From assembly GCA_001949185.1 (NCBI GenBank), contig BDGG01000012.1:116973-180972 (forward strand): a stretch of DNA of 64,000 bases, read 5' to 3'. This document shows, piece by piece, positions 1 to 11,444 of the stretch; position 1 is the first letter of the stretch, and each line of letters opens with the position of its first letter. The notes under the pieces were generated by a model. It was not told where the DNA came from. It made no database searches and saw nothing but the letters and a program-made list of their open reading frames with translations. This stretch comes from Ramazzottius varieornatus (Eukaryota; Animalia; Tardigrada). Made by a program: the position numbers and the translations under genes.

Positions 1-222
1 GCGGCAGTGTAAACCAGACTGTGTCATCATGTCCACTGATGTAAAGCTTCTCTCAGATCGACAATCACTCAATCAATGGTTTCCCTCAACCCGTGTTCAA
101 TTAACACGGCTTTTAATCAGTTAATGGCGATTTGAACGGATATTTCGGTTTTATACTCGCGTGTAATTCCAAGTGTAATTACACTTTTACAGTTGTATTT
201 TACACTACAACTTTCCGAAGAT

Positions 223-280
223 TGTAATGTAATGTAAAAGTGTAAATGTAATGTAAAATGTAATGTAATGTAAAGTGTAA
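223..280. repeat. Degenerate TGTAA/TGTAAA microsatellite
   Basis: tgtaatgtaatgtaaaagtgtaaatgtaatgtaaaatgtaatgtaatgtaaagtgtaa. Confidence 0.8.
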
Positions 281-633
281 TGCTCATCATTAGTATATTC
301 AGAGAGGAAATGCTGCATGTGTTCTGGGAACCATTCCGTTCTCTCGTGGTCTGGAAGAAATCTTTCACATTTTGAATACCCGGAACGAGGAAGTCTAGAT
401 TTTTCGAAAATTGACAACGAAAACCAATAAAGTATACAGTCCACTCGCTCGAGAGTCGAGATGTGTACATTGTTCTTCGATTTCTATTTGGCACCAGTCA
501 AAAATTTAACGTACAGCTTACCAAAAACGGAAGAAAGTGACGTACACAGCCACAAACAATCAATCCGAATGGAAATCAACCATTTGTCTTCCACCATGTG
601 CATCCGCTGTGTGTCTGAACAAATATTCAAATA

Positions 634-848
634 CTGTATTGCCTCTAAGGTTTCGCGCANTCACGTGACAAATCANTGAATTACACCCGGGCACTGATTG
701 TTTGATTGTGGCACATTGCTGCGCTTGATTGGCCAGGAATTGATTGGCTAGCGCTTCTGTTGATTGATGGCAGTGAAGTTTTTTATCCCCGCCACGCAAT
801 GTTTATTGGCTTGTCACGCGACTGCGCGAAACCTTAGAGGTAATACAG
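634..848. mobile_element. TA-flanked MITE with ~40-bp TIRs
   Basis: 631-671 atactgtattgcctctaaggtttcgcgca-n-tcacgtgacaa is the reverse complement of 811-851 ttgtcacgcgactgcgcgaaaccttagaggtaatacagtat (2 mismatches); TA on both sides. Confidence 0.75.
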
Positions 849-2774
849 TATGTTTATGGCGACGCTCTTGTGTTTGCTGTGATTTCAACATTTTGAAATC
901 GAACAGCGGTGAGCCGGTGAATACATCTCGAGCGAGTGGACTGTAGTCGCTAGTCACTGTACAACCGCTTTTTACTTTATCGCGAGCAGTTCGCAGGAGG
1001 TTGTTTCCTTGATTGATTATACTAGGCGCACAGTACAGTACTTTGATTTTGTTTTTGTTTTCATGAGTCCTTTTCAAAATTTTCGTCTTTCTCTCAGATC
1101 CAGCCATCCGGGAGTACAGAACCCTTCCCGTCAGCTTCAGGATTACCGGATTTGTTGGGCGACAGAGCGAGGTAAGTCCTGAGGTCGCAAAACAGCATGG
1201 CCTTTTTCTACGGATAAGCGAAACCTTGTGACTTGGGAGTTGGGACGAAATTCAGTGTCTTTGCATCTCCGCGAAAGGCAGCGGTCTGTCTACAGTCGGA
1301 CGTTTGGTCAACGATGCATATTTATTACTTGGCAAACGACAACTTCAGGAAGGAGCATCGTCGCTGAGAGAACTCTACTCAACTGCCACGGAGACCATTA
1401 AGCTCAAAGCTGAGAACAACATATCGGACTGCCGCACGCTCGAAGAGTCGATTTCGTTCTACCTTCCGCTGTAAGTCAAGACGATGACATTGCTTCTCCA
1501 AATTATCTGGACGTAGACGGCCTGTGAACCCTCTATGCGTATGATGTACGGGGCCTTCCTAAACGGGCACGACTGAGTTTTGCCATGTGAGTCGCATGGC
1601 AATGATGGCATCATAAGGTGAAATGACGCCCACAGACTGATACCGTTTCCTACTTCCGGTCGAAAAGCGTTCATCCATGATCCACGGGACCATGACTCAG
1701 TGTACGACGTCTGATAACATGTTTTATTGCAGACTTAATCACCGAGGTTCTTTCCCGAGTTTCATGTGAATTCTAAGTACGGTAAATATGAGTTCAGCGC
1801 GTTATCGGCCGTATTGTTTCACCACTTCGGGCTTTTGAATTCAGGCTGACATCACCACCACAACGTGGAAGGTTCGCATTCTATAGTATCTTCTCCTGCC
1901 TTATCAGTCTGTTCTTGCCTTGTAGGCGAAGCCTTTCATTATCAGCTCTACTCCTGTGTTTCACGTGGACCTGCCCCGCCTCGCGAACGAAAGGTGCGAT
2001 CCCGGGCGAGGCACATCCTGCAGGACTCCTCAGCCAGAGCAAAAGAAGAACTGGAGTCCCTTCTGTGGCACATAGGCATTAGGCACAAATCATGAAAATG
2101 TTGCGGCCGGTTTCTCACTTGCTGTTTATCGTAACTTTGCTTTACGGCACATTTCACGGTCCAGTTCGCTTGCTTGGCCAGCATCGTCAACGGTGCGTTC
2201 GCTTTATGACAGGTGTGTACGGACCAAACAGTGAGGAGCTCCGTTGGAGTACTCGGACCGTGCTCTTGCTCACGTTGTAGATTCCATTCGGCCATGACAG
2301 AGTTATACTTATGATTTGGTGCTTGCGCTAGGGTAACATTGCTGTTGACATTGCGCACCGTAGTCTGAGGTACTGTACTCGTCACCGCTTCCACAAGGAA
2401 GAATGTGGAAAGCTATCGCTGTCAAGGTGCACTTTGCCACCATTTAGATACCGCTCTTGTTTACCTTCGTATATATTTAGCATCTTTGTGCGTTTACAAG
2501 CATTAGGTTCAAGCCATAGGCTCTAAACTTTTAGCTCAGTTGAAAGTTGTCGACGGTTCGGTAAACGGCTGATAGCTTAGCTGGGGAATTTTTATCATTT
2601 TTCATTTATAGGTAAGAAAAGCGCCGGCAAGTGCTAACGCCGCAGAGTTATCTCACCCGGATATCCTTGGACAGCAGACGTGTGGAAGTGACTTACATCA
2701 CCTGTTGGGCACGACTTCCTTATTGGTGTACCGATTTCTTCCTTGGCCTTCTGCGACCTTAACCAGCTTCCACC

Positions 2775-4545
2775 ATGGGCCTGAATTGTGGAGCCAAGTT
2801 TGCCAAGTATGATACAGCTTCCGACACCGGAGGGGGAAACTCGGCAAACGAACTTGACAGGATCGATTTCCTAACGGACAAAGCGATTTTGTTTGGAGTT
2901 TGTTTGCCGATCTCCCAGATGTTCCGCGCAATCTAGGCTGATAAGCTTACCTAATGCTTTTTCTACTGTAGGTATGTCCTTTTCCTCTTCAACTTCATAT
3001 TCTTCCTGGGTGGAGCAGCGGTTCTCGGCGTCGGTATCTGGGTTGTGGTAAGTTCGGCTCATTTTCTTTGTGATATCGATCTTGACAAGCAAGGCACCGA
3101 TATTGACATTTTGCAAAAAATTCAACAGGTGGATTCAGGAAGTTACATGAACTTCCTGTCAATAGTTGACGCCAGCGGACAATCCACCACAGTGGCCAGT
3201 AATATTCTGACAGACAACGTAGCCTACGTCAAAACATTAGGCTATGTGGCCATCGGCATTGGCTCTTTCGTTTTCTTGGTTGGGTTCATGGGATGCTGTG
3301 GTGCCTGCAAAGAATGGAGGCCTCTGCTTATCGGCGTAAGTTCCAAGTTCGCTCCACCCCAAATTCATTGAGGCCAAGTCAGCAATTAATCAATGCATTC
3401 TTATCACCGTGCGAGTACAGTAAATAATGATACCGGGAAAGAGGGACCGTATAGTCATGGCTGAGGTTTATATGGCTTATCTAATGCAAAGTCTGACGCC
3501 TTCATTGGACTATCGTAATACCCAATTTACTGTTTGCTCATTCGTCGGAACGGATTTATGAGTTTCGTGTTTGCAGTACGCCATATGTTTAATCATCATC
3601 ATATGCGCGCAAATTGGACTGGGTATCGCCTTCGGAGTGTACAAGCAGCCGGTCCAGGACCAGATCATCAGAGAACTGAGGGTCTGGAATAAGGACTACA
3701 GTGGTGTAGACACCCAGTCAGACAACGGTAAACTGATCATTACTGGTCAGACTAAGAGAGCAGCATTCGGCAATATGTGGACCCAGAATGAAACTTTGGC
3801 TACCAATGGTCTGAACTCCCTGCAGATGTGGGTACGTATCTCGAACATGGACCGTAGCTTTCGAGGTTGAAGTGATGCTCATTTTGCTGATTTCAGCTCG
3901 GGTGCTGCGGAATTGAAGAAGGATCCAACGGCCAACCAAACTTCGCGGGTACCCAGTACGAGTTGCGAGATAGAAATTTTGTCAAACCTTCGACGATGCA
4001 GCCAAAGATACCCGTCTTTTGCTGCAAAATGGAAGATCCCCTGCAGTTGAAACTAGGCAAATACAATACTTGTTTCACCACCCCCGATGATTTCAACTCC
4101 AACAAGAACATTGTAAGTATTAGGCTACGGTTTTTTCGGCAAACAGACTCGGCCAGATCGGCTTCCCAAGTGGCGCACGATATCAGCCAAAATCAATGCA
4201 ACGTGCGCCGCTTGGAAAACGATCTGATCGAGTGTGTTTGCCGAGCTCCCCATTGTCCTTCCATGCACGGAGAAACCCCCGATACAAGAAAAGCAGTAAA
4301 GTCCAGAAGAACACCACGCATTTGCTCTCTTTCAGGGTTGTGTGAGACGAGTGGAGGACTTCGTCAATGGTAACATGCCTCTTGTGATCGGAGTTATGGT
4401 CGGCGTGGGCCTGGTCGAGGTACTCACTCCTCTGATTTTGGCTAAGATCAGCGCATAAAGTTGATATCTGTTATTCTTTTTTTAGCTTATTGGAGTCGTA
4501 ATGGCTTTCTGTTTATGCGGAGCCATCAGCGATAAGCGACATTAG
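2775..4545 (+). CDS. Tetraspanin (multi-exon)
   Basis: Spliced MGLNCGAKFAK|YVLFLFNFIFFLGGAAVLGVGIWVV; GFMGCCGACKE; EC2 with CCG and PVFCC; 4 TM segments; GT-AG introns; TAG at 4543-4545. Confidence 0.9.
2834..2916. mobile_element. Palindromic family A, internally deleted copy (tetraspanin 1 intron)
   Basis: gggaaactcggcaaacgaact...agtttgtttgccgatctccc; outer arms only. Confidence 0.65.
4136..4250. mobile_element. Palindromic family A (tetraspanin 1 intron)
   Basis: tcggcaaacagactcggccagatcggcttcccaagtggcgcacg...cgtgcgccgcttggaaaacgatctgatcgagtgtgtttgccga. Confidence 0.8.
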
Positions 4546-5299
4546 TCGGAGAGACCAAAAGTTTCTAGGGTTCCCGCCAGATGAAGAATTGTCTTCGAAC
4601 GCACCAAATCTTTCCTTTCCGTAAGCAAGCTACATGTTCTTGTATTTTGATCCAGTTTTTGTAAACCAGTGAGGTATATGCATCGCATGCTGTGAAAATT
4701 TCAAACAAAATTTTAATTTTTGAAAACCCTTCCTGTTCTTTCTCGGGATCTAAACGGTCCATCTGTTCAACTAGGACATTTGAGTTTGCACTGGGATAAA
4801 CGTGTGGCTTCTTCTCCTTCTATCCCATCCTGTTACCCACAGTTGAAAGATTTTCTACAATCGGAAAACCCGTTTTTCACGCAATAAAGTGACCCAGTTT
4901 GTCTCTAGTGGAATGTTGAAACTGCATATTTATAGGTGGCACTCGCGATACAGTATTTCGAGCACTGTTAGAGCGAGGTCCTCGGGCGATATGGGAAGCT
5001 CCGTAATACTTGTCGAATGAGTAATTTGACTTCCGGCTACATGGTTTTCAAGTCCCGCGGGCTTCTTTTAGTTCTTGCCCATAGCTCATATCGCAACACG
5101 AGAAAAGACGCAGGCTGGAAATGCTGTTACTGTACGATAGATATTTCTGTTCCCTGATCCTTACCACCAGACTTCGTTGTGGGCTCTTTCGCGATCTGGA
5201 AATTAATTCATGAGTTTTTGAGCACCAAACCACAGCAAGCTGCCCGGAAGGTTTCTTCCATTCACACCGGTGTCGACGTCCGTGCTGAAAACTCGCCGG

Positions 5300-6967
5300 A
5301 TGATGGCACGGGACATGGGTGGTCCCCGCTGTGCGAAGTACGTATCCCATCTTGACTCTGCATGCTCGAACCGGTCTCAATTACACCTTTATACTCCCTA
5401 GGTATTCGCTGTACGGGATCAACATCGTAATTATCATTCTGGCCTGCGTCACGTTGGGAGTGGGTATCTGGATTAGCGTAAGTGGATCTCTCCGATGGTG
5501 GATGCACAGAATTTCTGGTCAGGCATATGATACTAGATCTGTGGGTAGCAAACATAACACCGTCTTCCCTGATTTCTCACCGTTATCTGGGAAATCGAAG
5601 TTGCCGTTATCGCCTTTCTAGTCGGAAGTGTCCCACTTGGTGAGCTCCCTGAATCCATCGGTCAACGTCGATCCATCGGGTCGGGCCTACGTCGATGTGA
5701 CGAACAAGATCAACGATGGTGTGGGACAAGTGCAAACGGTGGCCAACCTGTTGATCACTTCTGGGGTCTTCGCTATTCTAATCGGGGTTCTGGGAATATG
5801 GGCGGCGTATCGGGAGTCGAGAGCTTTGCTAATTACGGTAACAGTTGTCTAATACATTGAACCGTAGAAAAGAGTCGCTGAGGTCCTTCTTAGCTTCACT
5901 TCCCTTGAACAGCGAGGGCGTCGGTACAGTACTCGCATCTCCCTCCATGATTTCTGGCGGCTTAAGCAGCCATGCTACTGATCGAAAACGATGGGCGGAT
6001 AACTTTTTCCAATAATTCTATTTTCTGTTCCAGTATGCGGTTATTTTAATCATCATCGTTTTGCTGGAAATCGGCGCCGGTATCGCTTGGGCCGTTGACA
6101 GGCCGAAGCTCCTCACCAACATCGCCAATGGGTACGAGAACGCAATTGACTCCTATGACTACGTGATGACCACTCGGGACGTCAACAACCGCGTCATAGT
6201 TACTCCGTATCAAACGTACAACAACAACACGGTCCAACCTACCATCTTCATCAATCTCATCCAGACCTGGGTACGAAAATACCATTTGGGAGCTCGGCAA
6301 AGAAGTCGACAAGCTTGTTTCCAAGTGGCGTAAATTCTCATTATCATTGGGCAAGAGCGTGCGCCATCTGGAGAAACGGTCTTGTTAAGTTTGTTTGACA
6401 AAATTTCACTTTTCACGTCTGCAGCCTCGAGCCGGCGGACATCTTTTAGGTGACTCAACGAATAATTTTTTCATTGAAGGTTGGCTGTTGTGGTGGAAGG
6501 TCTGGCTACACGGACTTTCAGAACTCTCCGTACTGGGCGAAGAGCGGTGGAGTACCTCCGGTGTATTGCTGTAAGATGCAGAATACTCGGACGTTGGAAC
6601 TAAAAGACCCGGGCTGTATAAACGTCCGCACGCTGGACAACTCATGGATGGAACAGGTAAGGCCAGCAACAATCTAGAGTGGAAGATTTTTCCGGTTCGA
6701 GCTCGGTACTCAGCTCGTTAACTTCCTTTTCTGCTTTTAGGGTTGCGCACCGAGACTTCGTGCCATGGTCAACCGTAACACACCCACTATCATCGGCGTC
6801 GCCGTCGGAATCGCCATTGTTGATGTAAGTTGTTGGGACTGCCTTGTTCAAAAAATTTAGAATGTGTTTCGTGTTGTAATCACAACCTTCTGCTCTCACA
6901 GCTTTTGGGAATCGGATTCGCATTCTACCAGTATCGTCTCATCTCAGAAGGCTATCGGGCGTTCTAA
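5300..6967 (+). CDS. Tetraspanin (multi-exon), tandem paralog
   Basis: MMARDMGGPRCAK|YSLYGINIVIIILACVTLGVGIWIS; GCCGG and PPVYCCK in EC2; exon layout mirrors the upstream copy; ends YRAF-stop. Confidence 0.88.
6288..6407. mobile_element. Palindromic family A (tetraspanin 2 intron)
   Basis: gggagctcggcaa...ccaagtggcgta...cgtgcgccatctgg. Confidence 0.7.
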
Positions 6968-7020
6968 ACATCCAGCAACCTTTCTTTGAACCTCTGACAA
7001 GGAAGTGGTTTATGGATTTC

Positions 7021-7926
7021 CTAGTCGAACAGTACAATAAGTTGGTTCATCGAGACAGTCATCTTTGAAACAGGACACCGAGCCTTTTCTTCCACAAACT
7101 TGACAATACAGTCATAACAATAAACTATTCCAGAAGGTTGTACCGCCGTTGGTTTCTCAAACTCTTCTCTGCATATCGGACAGTGTCCAATAGATGTGGA
7201 GAGCTTGATCGGCGGAAGTTTCGGCCTGTCCAGCGGAGGCTTCAGTAGTGCTTTGATGTCTTCTGACGAGGAAGCCCACAGCTGTGTTGCAAGACTCCCC
7301 GCTGCCATGGCGCGGAACGCACTGCGAAACAACAGATCGACAACCTTGATACAAAGCCCTTCCTTCCTCAAGAGCTGCTTGGAATGTTCGACATCTGTTT
7401 GTGTACGGCGTTGCAAATGTACGCCGATTACTTCCTGTTGCGGCGAGCAGTGTGCACTGCGGCTGGCGAGAAACCGGACAATGGAACGCAATGTCAGCAA
7501 TGAGGTGAAGTACCTCAAACAAGTCTGTAACCTGAGCATTATTTTCTGATTCCATTTTTCTCTTGAAAGTTGGCTTAAGATATCTTTAAGCTTCCGGAGA
7601 ACGTAAGGCAAGGCGGTGAGCTGAACTAACGAGCGAAGCAGGAAGGTTCGACGAGAAACTTTTTCGTCATACCGGCGCACTAGACCGTAGTTCCGTTCCG
7701 TCCAACCCGCCGAATGGTGACAGAGGTTATAGCCGTGTAGTACCAAATCAATCAACAGGAAAAATTCATCTGAGAACTGGCTCAGCTTGATGGACAACGG
7801 GAACGAGTACAGAGAAACGACTTCGAAAAGATGTTCCAGGGCGGAATGTAATAGCTTTTCCAGGTTTTCGGTTGCAAGGATGGTGGTCAGATGAGAAGCT
7901 TTCGTCGTGATTGCTTCGAGATCCAT
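7021..7926 (-). CDS. PEX12: Peroxisome biogenesis RING peroxin PEX12 (single exon)
   Basis: Pex2/Pex12 N-terminal motif (ERNYGLVR); LPY; C-terminal degenerate RING CPIC...SGIVYCYDCI...CPVS. Confidence 0.85.
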   Translation of the reverse strand: MDLEAITTKASHLTTILATENLEKLLHSALEHLFEVVSLYSFPLSIKLSQFSDEFFLLIDLVLHGYNLCHHSAGWTERNYGLVRRYDEKVSRRTFLLRSLVQLTALPYVLRKLKDILSQLSREKWNQKIMLRLQTCLRYFTSLLTLRSIVRFLASRSAHCSPQQEVIGVHLQRRTQTDVEHSKQLLRKEGLCIKVVDLLFRSAFRAMAAGSLATQLWASSSEDIKALLKPPLDRPKLPPIKLSTSIGHCPICREEFEKPTAVQPSGIVYCYDCIVKFVEEKARCPVSKMTVSMNQLIVLFD

Positions 7927-8261
7927 CAGCACTATTCAGCAGTAGGGAATGGAAATAAGCAGGTGGGCGTTTCCTCGTGTTTTGCGGAACGGATCGATAC
8001 AGTGACACTCTACAGACACGTGCCAGTAGATCTACAACATCACACCACGTGGCTAGGCGAGGAGTCAATAAAGTTTGCATTTCGTTTGCCAGACAAACCT
8101 CTTTCCAAGGTTGGCCTGACCTGGTTATCGATCCAAACTTGAGCTGCCTCACGCGATCACTTCTTCAGCATGCCGTCGGAGACAACCTTGGCCAGATTTC
8201 CGCATCTTGAAATAGCGTTCGGAACTATCACCAACATTACCAGGAGTTTGGAAAAGGAGCT

Positions 8262-10562
8262 ATGGACTTGATGGATTACCCTCCTTGGAATGCTGCAATA
8301 AACCACGGTAAGTGAGCGAAGTTTTGACAACTGGAAAAAATACCAGTCTTTTGTTTGATTGATTTTATTGATTTTATACGCCTTGCCATGCGAACTGACA
8401 GCTGCAGCCGCTAGTAAAGTCCTACTTGGTTTGATTGCTTTACTGTTGGCAATAGGCATTTTTCATGCGTGCAGTCTTGCGTTTTGGTGGGGCAATCATG
8501 TTATTCGTGGACTGACATCAGTGCCCCGACTGTCATTCTATCGATTATTATTGATTTTCTAATTTCTCCTGAGTTAATTTGAACTACTATTAACTATTTT
8601 CTTTATAAATGATTTGCCACTTTTGCAGCTGCAGCCTGCAGGTGCACTTTCCTCGCGTATATTCCCTACGTGTTTAAGGTTGCTTGGTTCCATCTTTGCA
8701 GATCCGCTCCTCTCTCAGTACAGTCAAGGAAGCCCTCTGGCTGGCATGGATTCTCCGGGAATGGACTTGACAAGTCAGTCGTCCTCCTATCTCGACCCAG
8801 ACTGCGATATGCCGGATGGTTTCAAAGAAGAATCTGATCTCAACCTGGACATGGCTCACTCCGACTACCTCGATATTGCCCAGACCCTAAAGGGCAACCT
8901 CACCAACGGCGACAAGAGCTCTGCGAACAAGGGCAAGAAGAAGGGAACGAAAGGTGTCAAAGACGCCTCCTTTACAGAAGCCTCCCGTCGAAATTTCCCC
9001 ATCAACGCTGATGAGTCAAGTAAAAAATGGGTCTTGATAGAAACCGATCAAGAAACGCTCTTCGGTAGTAGTTTCAAGAAAAAAGTCTGGATAAGAGAAG
9101 ACTGGCCCGAGCAGAAGAAACAAGAGCGCCTTCGTGGCTTCGTTTGGACGGAAGAGTTATTCCAGCAAGCTGCGCGCGGTGACTTCGACGACATGAGCCG
9201 CTCTGCAGCTACAGGAGGTGGTGAGACCGGTGAAGGCATCAAGAAGAAGAAGAAAAAGAAGAAGCGAACGACGCCTGATCCACCGGAAATTCTCCAAGCC
9301 ATGAGCGATCTTCAGGCCTACGGGAAAACTCTGGAAGACGGCTCGGCTGTTTGCACGTTCCCTGGGTGTAACAAGCAATTCGCCAACATCTCCTCTTTCC
9401 GGAAGCATCGCAAATCGCATGCGCCCAAGTGCCATACGTGTGAAGTGTGCGGAAGAAGCTTCACGGAGAACAGTAAACTGCGAAGACATTATGTCGTCCA
9501 TACAGGCGAGAAGCCTTTCCAGGTGCCTTCGGATAATAACTCCCTCAATTCAGAATCTGTGGACTGATGGAACTGCTTTGGTTATCTTTTTATTGATGTT
9601 GGTGTTGGTTTTGTTTATGAATCTAATACGATCTCGTTTTGTATCTTTTTAGTGTAACTTTGAAGGCTGCGGCAAACGGTTCTCTCTCGATCACAACCTC
9701 CGCACCCAGTGAGTCTTCTTTCTGTTTTACAAAGCTTTTATCTTTCTTTTTGTTGCTTCGTTGTTCTTCAGTTCGCTTACCGTAAAAGTAATGTCTGCTT
9801 CAAATTAAACCATTGCTACAAGTATTCGCATTCGTGACGTGAAGGCTCAAATTGCACCGCACTTCCGCTTCCAAATTTTGCACAGTCCGCCAGACGGTCG
9901 CGCATGGCGCCACACCATCGTGTGGGAATACATTGGTTATCCACGTGACAGCCAGCCAGAAATGGTGACGTTACGCGCGGACTTCACTGTGAGTCAATGG
10001 AAAACTGGGAGGGCGACGGTCGATCTCGGCCTGGTTATCTGGTCCAGTAGCTCAGTGTTGTTTGTTATTGGCCGGGAACGTGCGCCACTTGGAATAACGA
10101 TCATTCTGAGTGGGTACCGGCCTCTGGATTCACCTTCGAGTTCGAAACTGGCTGTCACTGGCACTGTCAATTTTGTGATACGGAAAAGCGAGAATCTGCA
10201 GAATTAATTTGAAAATGCTTGTCTTTTACAGTGCGCGGATTCACGCTGGCGTTCGTCCCTACGCATGTCCCTTCGATGGATGCAGCAAAGCTTTCACGCA
10301 ATCCACCAACTTGAAGACTCACTTAATGACACATGGACGTAATTCAGACAGCCGACCCATGTCATCGGCGTCTGCGGAGCGGGACACATTCATGATGAAG
10401 GAAGAACCCGACGAGGATAGCAACTCGGCCCTGGACATGTCCGAGACACGTCGCGAAAGAAGCGACGTGCACCAGCTGGATTATGAAGGTGGGTCGACTT
10501 CTGAAGAGCAAGAACAAGATGAACGTGATGGCGACGCGGAACCAGAAGGCGAGGATTTCTAG
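8262..10562 (+). CDS. YY1: YY1/pleiohomeotic-like C2H2 zinc-finger transcription factor
   Basis: Four spliced fingers including TGEKPFQ|CNFEGCGKRFSLDHNLRTH|ARIH and RPYACPFDGCSKAFTQSTNLKTHLMTH; REPO-like KKWVLIETDQETLFGSSFKKKVW. Confidence 0.8.
10009..10125. mobile_element. Palindromic family A, degenerate (YY1 intron)
   Basis: gttattggccgggaacgtgcgccacttggaataacgatc. Confidence 0.55.
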
Positions 10563-11444
10563 TTTTCCCTGTTGCGCTGCTTCGTATGTCTTATAGTGTT
10601 CAGAAATTTCTTTCTTCTCGCTCAGAAAATCATTCGGCTTTAAAAGCAATTTGAGTGCTGCTTGTGGTGACTTATTTATACGTGCGATATTTTGCGAGCT
10701 GTTTGGAAGCCAAGAAAGTTGACAATAATTTGGTTCGATTTTCTTTGGCTCCTTGCACACATGAAGTTCCTCGTAGTCGAACAGGATTGATGGATCCTTT
10801 AATAGATCTTCAATGCTTCAGTAAAACAAAGGTACAGTAACCGAATTGGAAGAGTTTTGACTTGGCAGAAGGGCCTGCAGCCGCCTGCTCTTGAACAAGT
10901 ACAGAAAGAATCCATTGGTCATGGTATTGAATACAGGAAACTCCGAACTTTCAGTTGAAAGCCTGAAGCTGACCGCTGGTTTGCGAGAAAGAAAGCAGTG
11001 TAGCTTTGCGGTCTGAAACCAATCGAGCAAATGCTTATACCTTCTGCTGGTGTTACTCACTTTTCCTGCATTGGTCACCAGGACACTGCACTTGACACGT
11101 TGGCCACATTCCGGGGAAATGCAATCCTTACACGTGTACGACAACATTAACCGTCAAAAATGGGCGTAACAGTCTACCTGAGCTTGCTCACGACTCAGCC
11201 AATGAGAATTAGGTTATGCTTCATACGCAAATTTCATTGGCTCTAGCCATCTGACTTCATACACCCATTTCTAACGGTTTATTTGGTCGTACACTTGTAT
11301 CAAATGTGCTGATCTTAGTTTCCAAACGACGAAGTCCGGTTTTGCATCTTTTGAAGGTTTAAGACGTTAGCTATCGAGTGGAACTCTGACTCTTGGTTTG
11401 AGGTATCGGAGGACGATCATCGAGCGACGCGAAGCTTTTGCAGG

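Noticed and set aside
117-494. ORFs in the six-frame track overlapping the TGTAA repeat, and other antisense ORFs within genes
   Set aside because: Low-complexity or shadow frames with no motif or splice support.
1090-2400. Possible exons or ORFs upstream of the first tetraspanin
   Set aside because: Splice-like signals exist (for example 1099-1170), but I could not build a recognisable protein or coherent model; they may be UTR exons.
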